Source of the DNA: a virus
IMG/VR virus record: IMGVR_UViG_3300002835_000015
Location: 1-64,000 of that record
Length of the DNA: 64,000 nucleotides
Strand: one strand, 5' to 3'
Shown: one piece after another, positions 10,962 through 20,034 of the stretch
Layout of the letters: every line of letters begins with the position of its first letter
How positions within the stretch are numbered: the stretch's first letter is position 1
The notes under the pieces: generated by a model
What the model saw: the letters and a program-made list of their open reading frames with translations, nothing else
Database searches by the model: none
What the model was told of the DNA's origin: nothing
Position numbers and translations under genes: made by a program

Positions 10962-11138
10962 ATGAATTATACTATTACCGAAGTCTTTCTTGATCCCGCG
11001 AATAAATATAGGGCGAGAGTTGCTATTGATGAAAATTCAACTCAATTTTTCAAATTTGATCATTATCCAACTCAAGAAGAAGTTAACGAAGTTGTTATAA
11101 ACTACATATCAAGCATAAATAATGGAGAAATAATATGA
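10962..11138 (+). CDS. Small hypothetical protein, 58 aa, absent from the ORF track (MNYTITEVFLDPANKYRARVAID...)
   Basis: Fills the intergenic gap exactly, has an AGGTG RBS upstream, and its stop overlaps the next start as ATGA at 11135-11138. Confidence 0.75.
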   Translation: MNYTITEVFLDPANKYRARVAIDENSTQFFKFDHYPTQEEVNEVVINYISSINNGEII

Positions 11139-11515
11139 GTATTTTAGATGGTAACGTTCAGCCAAACCTAGCAGAACAGTCCGCTAAACAAATCATTAAT
11201 CAAGCCCGTCAGACTTTTCATCAAATAACTGACTCTTTTAATGATGGTACGGTCTTATTTTGGAGCAATCCTTATGGATTAAAACCATCAGAAATTGCTG
11301 AAGCCCTTGGACCAAACGCCGTGGAAGTATTTAAATTACACTATGCTTTAGGCCAATTTATTGCTAGTATAAAGCCCGAAGCAATATATAATTCATTATC
11401 TTTAGTTGGTCAATTTACTATGAATGAAGATGGAACTGTAACAGTTATCGATAATGATAACCTCCCGCCGGTTACTCCTCAAGATTTTAATGCCTCACTA
11501 ACTGGTGATCGTTAA
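11135..11515 (+). CDS. Hypothetical protein, possibly a fibre assembly chaperone
   Basis: GGAG RBS, coupled to the upstream ORF, last gene of the fibre cassette. Confidence 0.6.
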   Translation: MSILDGNVQPNLAEQSAKQIINQARQTFHQITDSFNDGTVLFWSNPYGLKPSEIAEALGPNAVEVFKLHYALGQFIASIKPEAIYNSLSLVGQFTMNEDGTVTVIDNDNLPPVTPQDFNASLTGDR

Positions 11516-11546
11516 GTAATCAATTTAATATGTTTATACGATTTTT

Positions 11547-11556
11547 GTGTATATTA
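11547..11556 (+). promoter_or_regulatory. Putative late promoter GTGTATATTA
   Basis: Intergenic, 25 nt before the protease ATG. The motif recurs before other gene blocks. Confidence 0.7.
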
Positions 11557-11581
11557 TCTTGAGAGACACCAAGGAAAAAAT

Positions 11582-12997
11582 ATGAAGATATATGCACAAG
11601 AAATAGCTGACGGAGTATCAGAACGTATCAAAAGTGATACGACTGTAGCTTATTGTTCGCAAGCTGTGTTAACAACCGAAACAAATTCAATTAAGCGATT
11701 GATTGATAAAGTAAAGGCTTCTAGCAATCCTAATCAAATTGATCTTTACTATATCAAATCAATTCTTGTTTCTACTGGGTGGAATAAAAACGACGATGTT
11801 TTCGATCCGCAGCAAACTTGGGCGGCTCGTAGTACCCCAGAAGATAAACAATTCAACTTAATGCATAATGAAAATGACATCATAGGACATATCACTGGAA
11901 GTTATGTTGTTGATCAAGATGGCAATAAAATCGGCGCAACTGAAAATGATGACGCCCCATCTCAGTTCGATATCGTAACCGAAGCTGTAATTTATAACAG
12001 CTGGACTAATCCAGAGAACAGAGAGAGGATGAGTAAGATTATATCAGAGATAGAGCAAGGCAAGTGGTTCGTTTCGATGGAATGTTTATTCGCCGGTTTT
12101 GATTACTCCGTTAAAGACACCTCTGGTCAAACCAAGGTTATAGCACGAAGTGAAGACTCGGCATTTTTAACAAAACATCTTAGAGCATACGGTGGAACCG
12201 GAGAATACGAAGGCTATCAAATTGGTAGATTATTGAGAGATATTTCTTTTTCTGGTAAGGGTTTAGTATCCAGACCAGCAAATCCTAGAAGTATAATTCT
12301 TGATTCTAGCAAGGCTTTCTCTGTTAATGAAGAACAAACTATTTCCAATGTTTCAGAAGGAGAAGTTAATATGTCAGAAAACATCGAAGAGAAGCAGCTA
12401 GATACTGCCCCAGTGGTAGAAGAAGCTGTACAAGTTGTAGCTGTAGCCGAAGAAGTCAAGGTTGAAAATAATACTTCAGAATTAGAGGCCGCTTTAGCTG
12501 CTAAAGATACTGAAATTCAAGCTTATGCTTCAAAGGTAACAACATTAGAAGAGACTATTGCTAACTTACAAAAAGATTTAGCAGCAGTGAACAAGGATAT
12601 GGAAGAAATGAAGAAAAAGGAAAAAGATCGTAGCCGTAAAGAAAAATTAGTTATGGCCGGTTTTGAAGATGCAGAAGCCGACGAATCGCTCTCGCTATAT
12701 GACGCATTAAGTGACGAAGCTTTTGAAGCTGTTGTTGCTGCAATGAAGAAGAAGTGGGGAGCAATGAAGGACAAGATGATGAAAGAAGATAAAGAAGAAA
12801 AGAAGGAAATGGCTTCAGAAGTCGCTGCTACAGAAGAAAAGACTGAAGTAGCAGAAGAGTCAACTGCTCAACTTTTTGAAGAAGTTAAATCAACAGAAGC
12901 CACTCTCGTAGATGCTTCTGATGAAGGTGAAGAAATAGAGGCCACAAGAGCTAGTGTGGCAGAGTGGCTAACAAACAACGTTTTACGTAATAAGTGA
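11582..12997 (+). CDS. Prohead (capsid maturation) protease with C-terminal scaffold domain
   Basis: Motifs LVSTGWNKNDDVF, FNLMHNENDIIGH, VSMEC and G.GLV.RPANPRS, then an acidic coiled-coil C-terminal half. Lies immediately upstream of decoration and capsid genes. Confidence 0.75.
   Translation: MKIYAQEIADGVSERIKSDTTVAYCSQAVLTTETNSIKRLIDKVKASSNPNQIDLYYIKSILVSTGWNKNDDVFDPQQTWAARSTPEDKQFNLMHNENDIIGHITGSYVVDQDGNKIGATENDDAPSQFDIVTEAVIYNSWTNPENRERMSKIISEIEQGKWFVSMECLFAGFDYSVKDTSGQTKVIARSEDSAFLTKHLRAYGGTGEYEGYQIGRLLRDISFSGKGLVSRPANPRSIILDSSKAFSVNEEQTISNVSEGEVNMSENIEEKQLDTAPVVEEAVQVVAVAEEVKVENNTSELEAALAAKDTEIQAYASKVTTLEETIANLQKDLAAVNKDMEEMKKKEKDRSRKEKLVMAGFEDAEADESLSLYDALSDEAFEAVVAAMKKKWGAMKDKMMKEDKEEKKEMASEVAATEEKTEVAEESTAQLFEEVKSTEATLVDASDEGEEIEATRASVAEWLTNNVLRNK
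12371..12997 (+). CDS. Nested in-frame scaffolding protein (internal start), 208 aa
   Basis: Strong AAGGAG RBS at 12357-12362, 8 nt before the in-frame ATG at 12371, at the protease/coiled-coil boundary. Confidence 0.6.
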   Translation: MSENIEEKQLDTAPVVEEAVQVVAVAEEVKVENNTSELEAALAAKDTEIQAYASKVTTLEETIANLQKDLAAVNKDMEEMKKKEKDRSRKEKLVMAGFEDAEADESLSLYDALSDEAFEAVVAAMKKKWGAMKDKMMKEDKEEKKEMASEVAATEEKTEVAEESTAQLFEEVKSTEATLVDASDEGEEIEATRASVAEWLTNNVLRNK

Positions 12998-13013
12998 TAA
13001 AAGGAGAAAAACT

Positions 13014-13460
13014 ATGGCCCTAAAAGCAGATAGATATGAGCTTCAAACTGATATCAGTTTCTTCTACAATGCCGGGACAGCAACTCGCGGCGGTGTAGTA
13101 TGTCATGATACAGCTGGTTCGGGTGCAGCTATGGATCAAGGTGTTAACCTTGTTAAGTATGCTACATCAGGCGTTCCAGTTGGCGTTTTATTAAATGATG
13201 TAGTAAATAAGGATCTAACCCGTACTCATCTTAATCAGTATAAGGATGAAGTTCAGAAGGGTGGTAAGGTTACAGTACTCCGCAAGGGTTATGTTGTAAC
13301 TAACAGCGTCACTGGAACACCTAGTGCCGGTGCAACAGCTTATCGCTGCACAGTAACTGCTGGAAATTTCAGCACAGTTGCTAGCGGCAATGCTGTTGGT
13401 GGATTCATGACCAGCAAAGATGCTGACGGTTATGCCAAAGTCGAAGTAAACCTTCCCTGA
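13014..13460 (+). CDS. Capsid decoration/cement protein
   Basis: 148-aa Gly/Val-rich beta protein between scaffold and major capsid genes, with an AAGGAG RBS. Confidence 0.7.
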   Translation: MALKADRYELQTDISFFYNAGTATRGGVVCHDTAGSGAAMDQGVNLVKYATSGVPVGVLLNDVVNKDLTRTHLNQYKDEVQKGGKVTVLRKGYVVTNSVTGTPSAGATAYRCTVTAGNFSTVASGNAVGGFMTSKDADGYAKVEVNLP

Positions 13461-13485
13461 CTAATATAAACAAGGAGAATTAAAC

Positions 13486-14496
13486 ATGCCAATAACAGAA
13501 AGACCCAGCGATGATTTTATCGCTCTCCTACGTAAGTCAGGGGATGCCGATATCAATGTGGCTATGGCCGCTCAACGTGAGTTTGCCAAAGCACTAGAAC
13601 TCCCACTCCGTAAGGGCGTTTTAGTCGGTAATGTACTCGGTAATATTTTCGAAACCATCAATGTAGAAGCCGGTTCAACAACCGAATTCCCTCTTGATCT
13701 TATCTCCCCCGGCCTTGAAGGTGAGCATGTTGCTTACACCAATCCCGGTCACGGTAGAATTCCAGAGCGTTCGGTCGAAGGCGACTACGTGATGATTCCC
13801 ACCTACACAATCGCTTCATCGGTTGACTATCTTCTTCGCTTTGCCCGCGAAGCCAGATGGGATATCGTTGGTCGTGCAATGCAGGTGATGGAAGCCGGTT
13901 TCACCAAGAAGATGAACGATGACGGCTGGCACACTCTTCTCGCCGCTGGCGTTGATCGTAACATCCTCGTCTATGATGCTGATGCAACAGCTGGTCTATT
14001 CTCAAAGAGATTAGTATCACTTATGCAGACAGTTATGCGTAGAAACTCGGGTGGTAACTCGGCATCAGTTGGTCGTGGCCGTCTAACCGATATGTATCTA
14101 TCGCCAGAAGCTTTAGAAGACATTCGTAACTGGGGTCTAGATCAAGTTGATGATGTTACTCGTCGTGAAATCTATAATGCTGATCCAGCTGCGGCTGTTA
14201 TCACCAGAATCTTTGGCGTTAACCTACATGACCTAGACGAACTAGGCGAAGGTCAACAGTACCAGAGCTTCTTTTCAACTGACCTCGGCGGTGCATTAGC
14301 AACAGGCGGTGACGTTGAACTCGTAGTTGGTCTTGATCAGTCGAGTAATGATAGCTTTGTAATGCCCGTTAAGCAGCAGCTACAGGTATTCGAAGATCCA
14401 ACCCTACATCGTCAGCAACGCGCTGGCTATTACGGCTGGGCTGAACTCGGCTTTGGTGTTCTAGATAATCGTAGAGTGATCCTTGGCTCATTCTAA
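13486..14496 (+). CDS. Major capsid protein (HK97 fold expected)
   Basis: 336 aa, strong RBS, C-ending codon bias suggesting high expression, C-terminal G.YGWAE.GFGVLD.R.V motif, followed by a terminator. Confidence 0.85.
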   Translation: MPITERPSDDFIALLRKSGDADINVAMAAQREFAKALELPLRKGVLVGNVLGNIFETINVEAGSTTEFPLDLISPGLEGEHVAYTNPGHGRIPERSVEGDYVMIPTYTIASSVDYLLRFAREARWDIVGRAMQVMEAGFTKKMNDDGWHTLLAAGVDRNILVYDADATAGLFSKRLVSLMQTVMRRNSGGNSASVGRGRLTDMYLSPEALEDIRNWGLDQVDDVTRREIYNADPAAAVITRIFGVNLHDLDELGEGQQYQSFFSTDLGGALATGGDVELVVGLDQSSNDSFVMPVKQQLQVFEDPTLHRQQRAGYYGWAELGFGVLDNRRVILGSF

Positions 14497-14526
14497 TCTA
14501 GATATCTAAAGATATCGGTCGCAATC

Positions 14527-14560
14527 AAGCCATCCTCAAGCGATTGGGGGTGGCTTTTTT
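14527..14560 (+). terminator. Rho-independent terminator after the major capsid gene
   Basis: 13-bp stem AAGCCATCCTCAA/TTGGGGGTGGCTT (two G-U pairs), GCGA GNRA tetraloop, and a T-run. Confidence 0.9.
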
Positions 14561-14570
14561 GTGTATAATA
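14561..14570 (+). promoter_or_regulatory. Putative late promoter GTGTATAATA
   Basis: Abuts the terminator T-run, about 40 nt upstream of ATG 14612. Confidence 0.7.
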
Positions 14571-14611
14571 ACTTAGATAACGTTATCCAAGGATATGAAT
14601 AGGAGAAAAAT

Positions 14612-15313
14612 ATGGCCGCACTATCGGATTATCTTGAGTCTGGATTATTGAGTCACATATTTAGAGATACAGCTTTCCCCAGACCTTCTACCATAGCAAT
14701 TGCCTTAACTAGCGGTGTTCCACTTGATTCCGACACTGGGTTAACAATCCCAGAACTACCGTCTGGAGTAAGGAGTGGCTTAAACTTTGTTCCAACAAAT
14801 TATAGTCGAATTGTTTTAGGCCCACCAGCTACTAGTGGTGATAGGGCATGGAATTCTGTTGGATTAGATACTCTAACTGCCTATACTGTCTCTGGAACCA
14901 GACATGACAATACACCGGGATATTTTTATCCACTATATTTAACATCTACTGCGGCAAATAGTAATAGTACAGCCGGTGGCGGTAATGGCAGTAGTCTGTC
15001 TATAATATTTAAAGAATTTCCATCTGTGATGTTCTTTGCTCCAGTTGGAGGAAACATATTTCAGTCTGGTGTTTCAGTGCAGTCAAGTTATCAGTCATAT
15101 GAAGGTAATGGATTTATTAAAAATAAAAATCAAATGATATTTAATACTGCTATCACTGAGTGGGGTTGGGTTTCTGGCATAGCTATTTTAGATCATGAGT
15201 CCGTTGGTTCTGGTAATCTTCTAATGTATGCTAAGTTAAATAATCCGCGATACGTTTACCTTGGAGATAATATAAGATTTGATGCTAATTCATTAGAAAT
15301 AAGCCTAAAATAG
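14612..15313 (+). CDS. Conserved virion structural protein with a central insertion
   Basis: SDYLE..LL.HIFR...NYSRI...F..A..EWG.V.GIAI.D....GNLL.YA.L pattern common in phage structural modules. Confidence 0.6.
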   Translation: MAALSDYLESGLLSHIFRDTAFPRPSTIAIALTSGVPLDSDTGLTIPELPSGVRSGLNFVPTNYSRIVLGPPATSGDRAWNSVGLDTLTAYTVSGTRHDNTPGYFYPLYLTSTAANSNSTAGGGNGSSLSIIFKEFPSVMFFAPVGGNIFQSGVSVQSSYQSYEGNGFIKNKNQMIFNTAITEWGWVSGIAILDHESVGSGNLLMYAKLNNPRYVYLGDNIRFDANSLEISLK

Positions 15314-15328
15314 TAACTGGAGCTTAAT

Positions 15329-18300
15329 ATGATATTAAGCAAGTCTCAACTTGTAAATAATATTAATAGTGATATATCTGATCAATCATATGGTCAAATA
15401 TCGCCCTATGACATTAGACATAATTTATTAGATATAATAGATTCTGTACATAACCTTACCTTTTCTCAAGAATTAAAATCTCTTAATTTAGCTACATTTC
15501 CATCTGGAAATACAAAGCTTGGCCAGTTAACTCTAGAGAATATTAATTTAGATGGTTATAATAGTCAAGACAATACAGCAATTGGATATTCTGTATTAAA
15601 ATCTAACTATCAAGGCATTAGAAATACAGCCGTTGGCTCTTACTCTTTATCTTGCAATATATATGGAGAGGGTAATGTTGCTTTAGGTTATAATGCGTTA
15701 GCGGGCAATACTGTTGGTAATTTGAATATTGGGCTTGGTAGCTACACTCTTCATAACAATAAATCTGGAAATGGTAATGTAGCAATTGGGCATGGTGCTG
15801 GATACTACATTGGTAAAAATACTAGCAACAAATTATTTATTGCTCATCACGCTGTTGACGGAGATTATATCTGCAATAATCCCAATGGAACCGGCTTGAC
15901 ACCATTGTTACAAGGCGATTTTTCTAGTTTGCAATTAGGAGTTGGAGTAAAAACCCTTCACGCATTTGGCGCACTCCAAGTTGGTGGCGATTTAACGCCT
16001 TCTGGTAATAATGTATTAAACATTGGACACCAATTATATAATTGGAAGAGTTTATATCTTTCAAGCTCTTTAAATTTTGCTAATAATTCTTCAATAAGTG
16101 CATATAGTCCAACCGGAATTCTAGTTAGTGGATCATTATTTGTACCCATTAATAATCACTATGAGCTTGGATCTTCTACAAATAAATGGAAACGTGGTTA
16201 TTTTCAAAATCTTACAGTTGACGGTACGGCTAACATAGGAACTGTAACATACAATGATACTCAAGTGTATAATGGTATTAAAATCTATTTAGCAACAGAC
16301 TCTAATTTACAACCACAATATTCTGATGCAAACTTATTAGGTGGCGGATTATTTATAAAGTCTTCTGACAATAGAGAATATTCTTTAAGTTACTTTCCGC
16401 CAAGCTCTGGTATGCCATGCTTTACTGATAGTTATGATAAATCTACATTTAGAAGTAACATTAGCTTCCAAGTTCCAAGTTCATCTTACATAAAAACTAA
16501 TAGTATAATTTCGTATAGTTCAGATGCATTTAATGATAGTGACTGTTATGGCCTATTCTTCAATAGTGGTATAACATATATATCAAGAAAAAATGTTTTA
16601 AATGTTAATCCCGGCTTGCCAAATGGTCATATTGCTGGTATAGGAAATGTAAATTTTATATCCAACTCTGGGGAAGTACAAAACTATAGTGTTTCAATAT
16701 CTTCGTTAGAGTCTGGCGTGAGCGTTAGTCAAAGATTCTTATCTGGAACAAAGTCAAGACAAAAAGACGTTGTGACTAACAAAGATAAACTTTCTGGATT
16801 TGAGCTTAAATATATCAATGACACTAATAACAATGATCTTGATGATCGTTTAGTCATTGGTTCTTATAATAAAACCCCCAATTTTGTTAACGGTATGATT
16901 CTTATGAAAGAGTCTACCGGCGGGTCTGTTATGTCTATTACCAATATACCAGAAGTTACAGAAAATGTGTTACCAAACACTATTTTCAATGTCAGATCTA
17001 AGAATGATTGTATTGCTAGATTTACTTCTGAAAATAACGCATATTATAAATCAGCCATTCAGCTTCTTGGATCTGCTAACTGTGAGGCTAGCGGTTTAGA
17101 AATTTCTTATCTAAACAATAGCGGTGTTGCCGATGTAACAGTTTATAGGGACTCTAATCCTATCAACTTCATTAGAATGAAAGACACCAAAGAGATTGGA
17201 ATACTTTCTAGTGGAATTATCAATGCAACTATTACAATTGGAAACAGCGGAACAGCCAAGCTTCCGGTTATAAGCATAAAAGATAATCTATGGGTTGGAA
17301 ATTCTATAGTAGCTCCTTCAGTTGGGTATGGAAAATTATACAACTTTAGAGCTGAAAAAGGATTTGCTGATCAGTATAATTCACTATATTTTATGGATGG
17401 TTCTGGCAATTCTACTGATTTAGTAGTAAATAAACTTGATAACGTAGACGCTAGAGCTATTTATACAGATGGAAGTGGAAATACTTTTGCTGGATATTTA
17501 TCTCCATCTGGCAGAAAAACTATAACTGGGGCAGCTAAAAACAATATTTCCTATGGCTACAAAGCACTTTATAGTATTTCATCTGGCTCTGGCAACCTAG
17601 CAATAGGATACAGCCCCCTTTATGATTTAGTCTTAGGAAATAACAATATTGTAATTGGCGATTCATCTGCCAGTGGATTAGTTAATACATCCAGCAATAT
17701 CATAATTGGTAATCAATCATTCAACAAGACTTCTGATCTAGCCAACACTAGTGGTAATATAGTAATTGGTCATAATATTGGTGCTAGTAACAGTGGTTCA
17801 CACAACTTCTTGGTTGGGAATAATGGCTTAGTTCTATTAGATGGTAAGCTTGGCCCAACTAATTCTGATAAAAGATTAACTCTTCCTAGCGGCGGAAGAT
17901 TATACATTAATAATGCTAATGATACTGATAGTTTGTGCTTAAAATCTAATGTTATAGAAATTATTGATAGTGGCGGCAATAACTATCCAGATAATACTTT
18001 AACTTTTAGATTTATTGGAAATAATTCAGCAGACCTTTTAATTCTAAGTCACGACTCACTTGGACCATCAGATTATATTGCTACTTGGGGCTACCCAAAG
18101 ACATTCAATAATCTTAATTATTATAATGATGAATATTGGTTTCCAACCGTTGGTCTTTCTGGAGAAGTTACTCCTAATGCCATTAGCAATAAAGAGCCAA
18201 AACCTTATTCACAGCTAAATGGAAATTTTAAGCTAAAAGGCAATATACAATTTGGCGATGGCACATATCTTGGTAGCTCCAAGCCCATAATCAAAAATAC

Positions 18301-18625
18301 TTTACTTGCAAATAGCGGCATAGCACTTGGAAATAGTGGCATATCTCTTGCCAATAGCGGAATATCAAGAATAAATAGTGCTATTATTGAAGGATTCATG
18401 CCCGATGGCTTACAAGCTCCAGCCAATGCCTCTACTAAGACTAGCGGCATCTTAATACTAAAAGACAGTAATTGGGCAAATTCTGGAGACATTTTTGTTA
18501 TTAATAGAGACACTACATCAGTAATACATTCTGGAGCTTATGTGATAGCTGCTAGGATAAATAATGAATATAAACCCATTTGGATTAGTGCAAGTAGTAC
18601 GCCATGCACATGCTGTAACAATTAA
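15329..18625 (+). CDS. Fibre/adhesin-like virion protein with beta-roll repeats
   Basis: Two blocks of NTAIGY.AL/GN.AIG/NI.IG repeats (YadA-head-like). N-terminal module shared with 26068. Ends in PCTCCNN. Confidence 0.65.
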   Translation: MILSKSQLVNNINSDISDQSYGQISPYDIRHNLLDIIDSVHNLTFSQELKSLNLATFPSGNTKLGQLTLENINLDGYNSQDNTAIGYSVLKSNYQGIRNTAVGSYSLSCNIYGEGNVALGYNALAGNTVGNLNIGLGSYTLHNNKSGNGNVAIGHGAGYYIGKNTSNKLFIAHHAVDGDYICNNPNGTGLTPLLQGDFSSLQLGVGVKTLHAFGALQVGGDLTPSGNNVLNIGHQLYNWKSLYLSSSLNFANNSSISAYSPTGILVSGSLFVPINNHYELGSSTNKWKRGYFQNLTVDGTANIGTVTYNDTQVYNGIKIYLATDSNLQPQYSDANLLGGGLFIKSSDNREYSLSYFPPSSGMPCFTDSYDKSTFRSNISFQVPSSSYIKTNSIISYSSDAFNDSDCYGLFFNSGITYISRKNVLNVNPGLPNGHIAGIGNVNFISNSGEVQNYSVSISSLESGVSVSQRFLSGTKSRQKDVVTNKDKLSGFELKYINDTNNNDLDDRLVIGSYNKTPNFVNGMILMKESTGGSVMSITNIPEVTENVLPNTIFNVRSKNDCIARFTSENNAYYKSAIQLLGSANCEASGLEISYLNNSGVADVTVYRDSNPINFIRMKDTKEIGILSSGIINATITIGNSGTAKLPVISIKDNLWVGNSIVAPSVGYGKLYNFRAEKGFADQYNSLYFMDGSGNSTDLVVNKLDNVDARAIYTDGSGNTFAGYLSPSGRKTITGAAKNNISYGYKALYSISSGSGNLAIGYSPLYDLVLGNNNIVIGDSSASGLVNTSSNIIIGNQSFNKTSDLANTSGNIVIGHNIGASNSGSHNFLVGNNGLVLLDGKLGPTNSDKRLTLPSGGRLYINNANDTDSLCLKSNVIEIIDSGGNNYPDNTLTFRFIGNNSADLLILSHDSLGPSDYIATWGYPKTFNNLNYYNDEYWFPTVGLSGEVTPNAISNKEPKPYSQLNGNFKLKGNIQFGDGTYLGSSKPIIKNTLLANSGIALGNSGISLANSGISRINSAIIEGFMPDGLQAPANASTKTSGILILKDSNWANSGDIFVINRDTTSVIHSGAYVIAARINNEYKPIWISASSTPCTCCNN

Positions 18626-18636
18626 AGGGCTTCCAT

Positions 18637-19194
18637 ATGGGAAAACCATTTAACCCATGCTTCAAGAATCCATCTCCATATATTGTATATACTCAGCCGG
18701 GATTAACAACTCTACCGCCACAAGCAGAAGATTTTTTTGCACTGTCAGATTCTTATCATGAATGTGTTCAAGTTTCAGACAGCAAAATTAGAAATTTTCA
18801 CGAAAAATCTGATACTTTAACTTCTACATCAATAAAAGTTTCTGATATAAGTATTAATGATTTTGGATGTGATGATTTCTATTTGTCTGTGTCTGGTGTA
18901 AATAATGACTTTTTCAAAATAAATAACAATAAGTTATATTTTGACTATCTTTATTCAACAAAAAATAAATATGAAGCTTATGTAAATACTGTCAATATAA
19001 ATGGAGAACTCTTAAATTCAACTTTATTTACTCTGAATGTAGAACCCCCCTGTTATTATTGTGTAGATTTATACGATGGTTATTATTGTGTTGATGTAGA
19101 TGGATACTACTGTGTAGAAATAGATGATGGTTATTACTGCGTAGAAACCCCCAACCCAGATCCTTACTACTGTGTAAGAATCAAAGATTCTTAA
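18637..19194 (+). CDS. Cadherin/Ig-like protein with five C-terminal YYCV repeats
   Basis: LSVSG.NNDFF.I....L.F......K.YE..V....F.LNVE cadherin-like pattern, with YYCV x5 at 19054-19176. Confidence 0.55.
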   Translation: MGKPFNPCFKNPSPYIVYTQPGLTTLPPQAEDFFALSDSYHECVQVSDSKIRNFHEKSDTLTSTSIKVSDISINDFGCDDFYLSVSGVNNDFFKINNNKLYFDYLYSTKNKYEAYVNTVNINGELLNSTLFTLNVEPPCYYCVDLYDGYYCVDVDGYYCVEIDDGYYCVETPNPDPYYCVRIKDS

Positions 19195-19203
19195 GGAGAA
19201 AAC

Positions 19204-20034
19204 ATGAGAACTTGCATACATAGTTCAGCATATAATCCATCTGTACACACTATACTTGGTGGTCCATATTCATCCACAAGTCAGTGTGAATCTGTGTGTA
19301 GTTCACCGTCTACTACATTACCCCCTATTACAACAACACCCAATCCAAACTTTACATTATTACCTCCAATAGTTCCTTTTATGAATGGAAGTAATTTATT
19401 TAACATTAACAATGTTCCAGTTAGGGTATTTACACAATATGCTCCAGATAATCAAACTTTAGGTTCATATACTGATTTTCCAAGCTTTACGATGGATGCT
19501 AAAAGTAATTATGATTTAATGTCTTTGTTTGCAGATACTGACCCAACTCTACTAACCCCATCTCAAATAAAGCCTTTTAGTGTGAATTCACAAACTTTTG
19601 TGATTGACCGGGGTGGAATAATTAAAGCTAGATTTATTTATGTTGGGTCTAATTCTAGTCAAATCAGTGCTTATTCTCTTACTTCTTACGCTGGTACTAT
19701 TACTAATACTCCTGTATATCCAACTTACTCAAATACTGATAATATACTATCCCCTATTTTTAGCAATAAAAAGATATATAATCCAAATTACTTTACTGTT
19801 ATTGCTCTTATTGAATATGCGTATTATTATTCAACTCCTAATTTATTGACACAGGAAAGAAATTGGACAAATTATCGTTTGTCTCCAGTAGTTATTGGGG
19901 CAAATTCATTTTCAAATGACATAACTACACTCAGTAATAATGTCAGTATAGTTTCCAAACCATTACGTGCCAGATTTGTGAGAAATGACCTTACTAATAC
20001 GTCTGTGAGTAGCTACGGTAACAATTATGCCTAG
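19204..20034 (+). CDS. Hypothetical protein with 3-Cys N-terminal module and short P/T linker
   Basis: AAGGAG RBS. The N-terminus aligns with that of 20027. Confidence 0.7.
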   Translation: MRTCIHSSAYNPSVHTILGGPYSSTSQCESVCSSPSTTLPPITTTPNPNFTLLPPIVPFMNGSNLFNINNVPVRVFTQYAPDNQTLGSYTDFPSFTMDAKSNYDLMSLFADTDPTLLTPSQIKPFSVNSQTFVIDRGGIIKARFIYVGSNSSQISAYSLTSYAGTITNTPVYPTYSNTDNILSPIFSNKKIYNPNYFTVIALIEYAYYYSTPNLLTQERNWTNYRLSPVVIGANSFSNDITTLSNNVSIVSKPLRARFVRNDLTNTSVSSYGNNYA

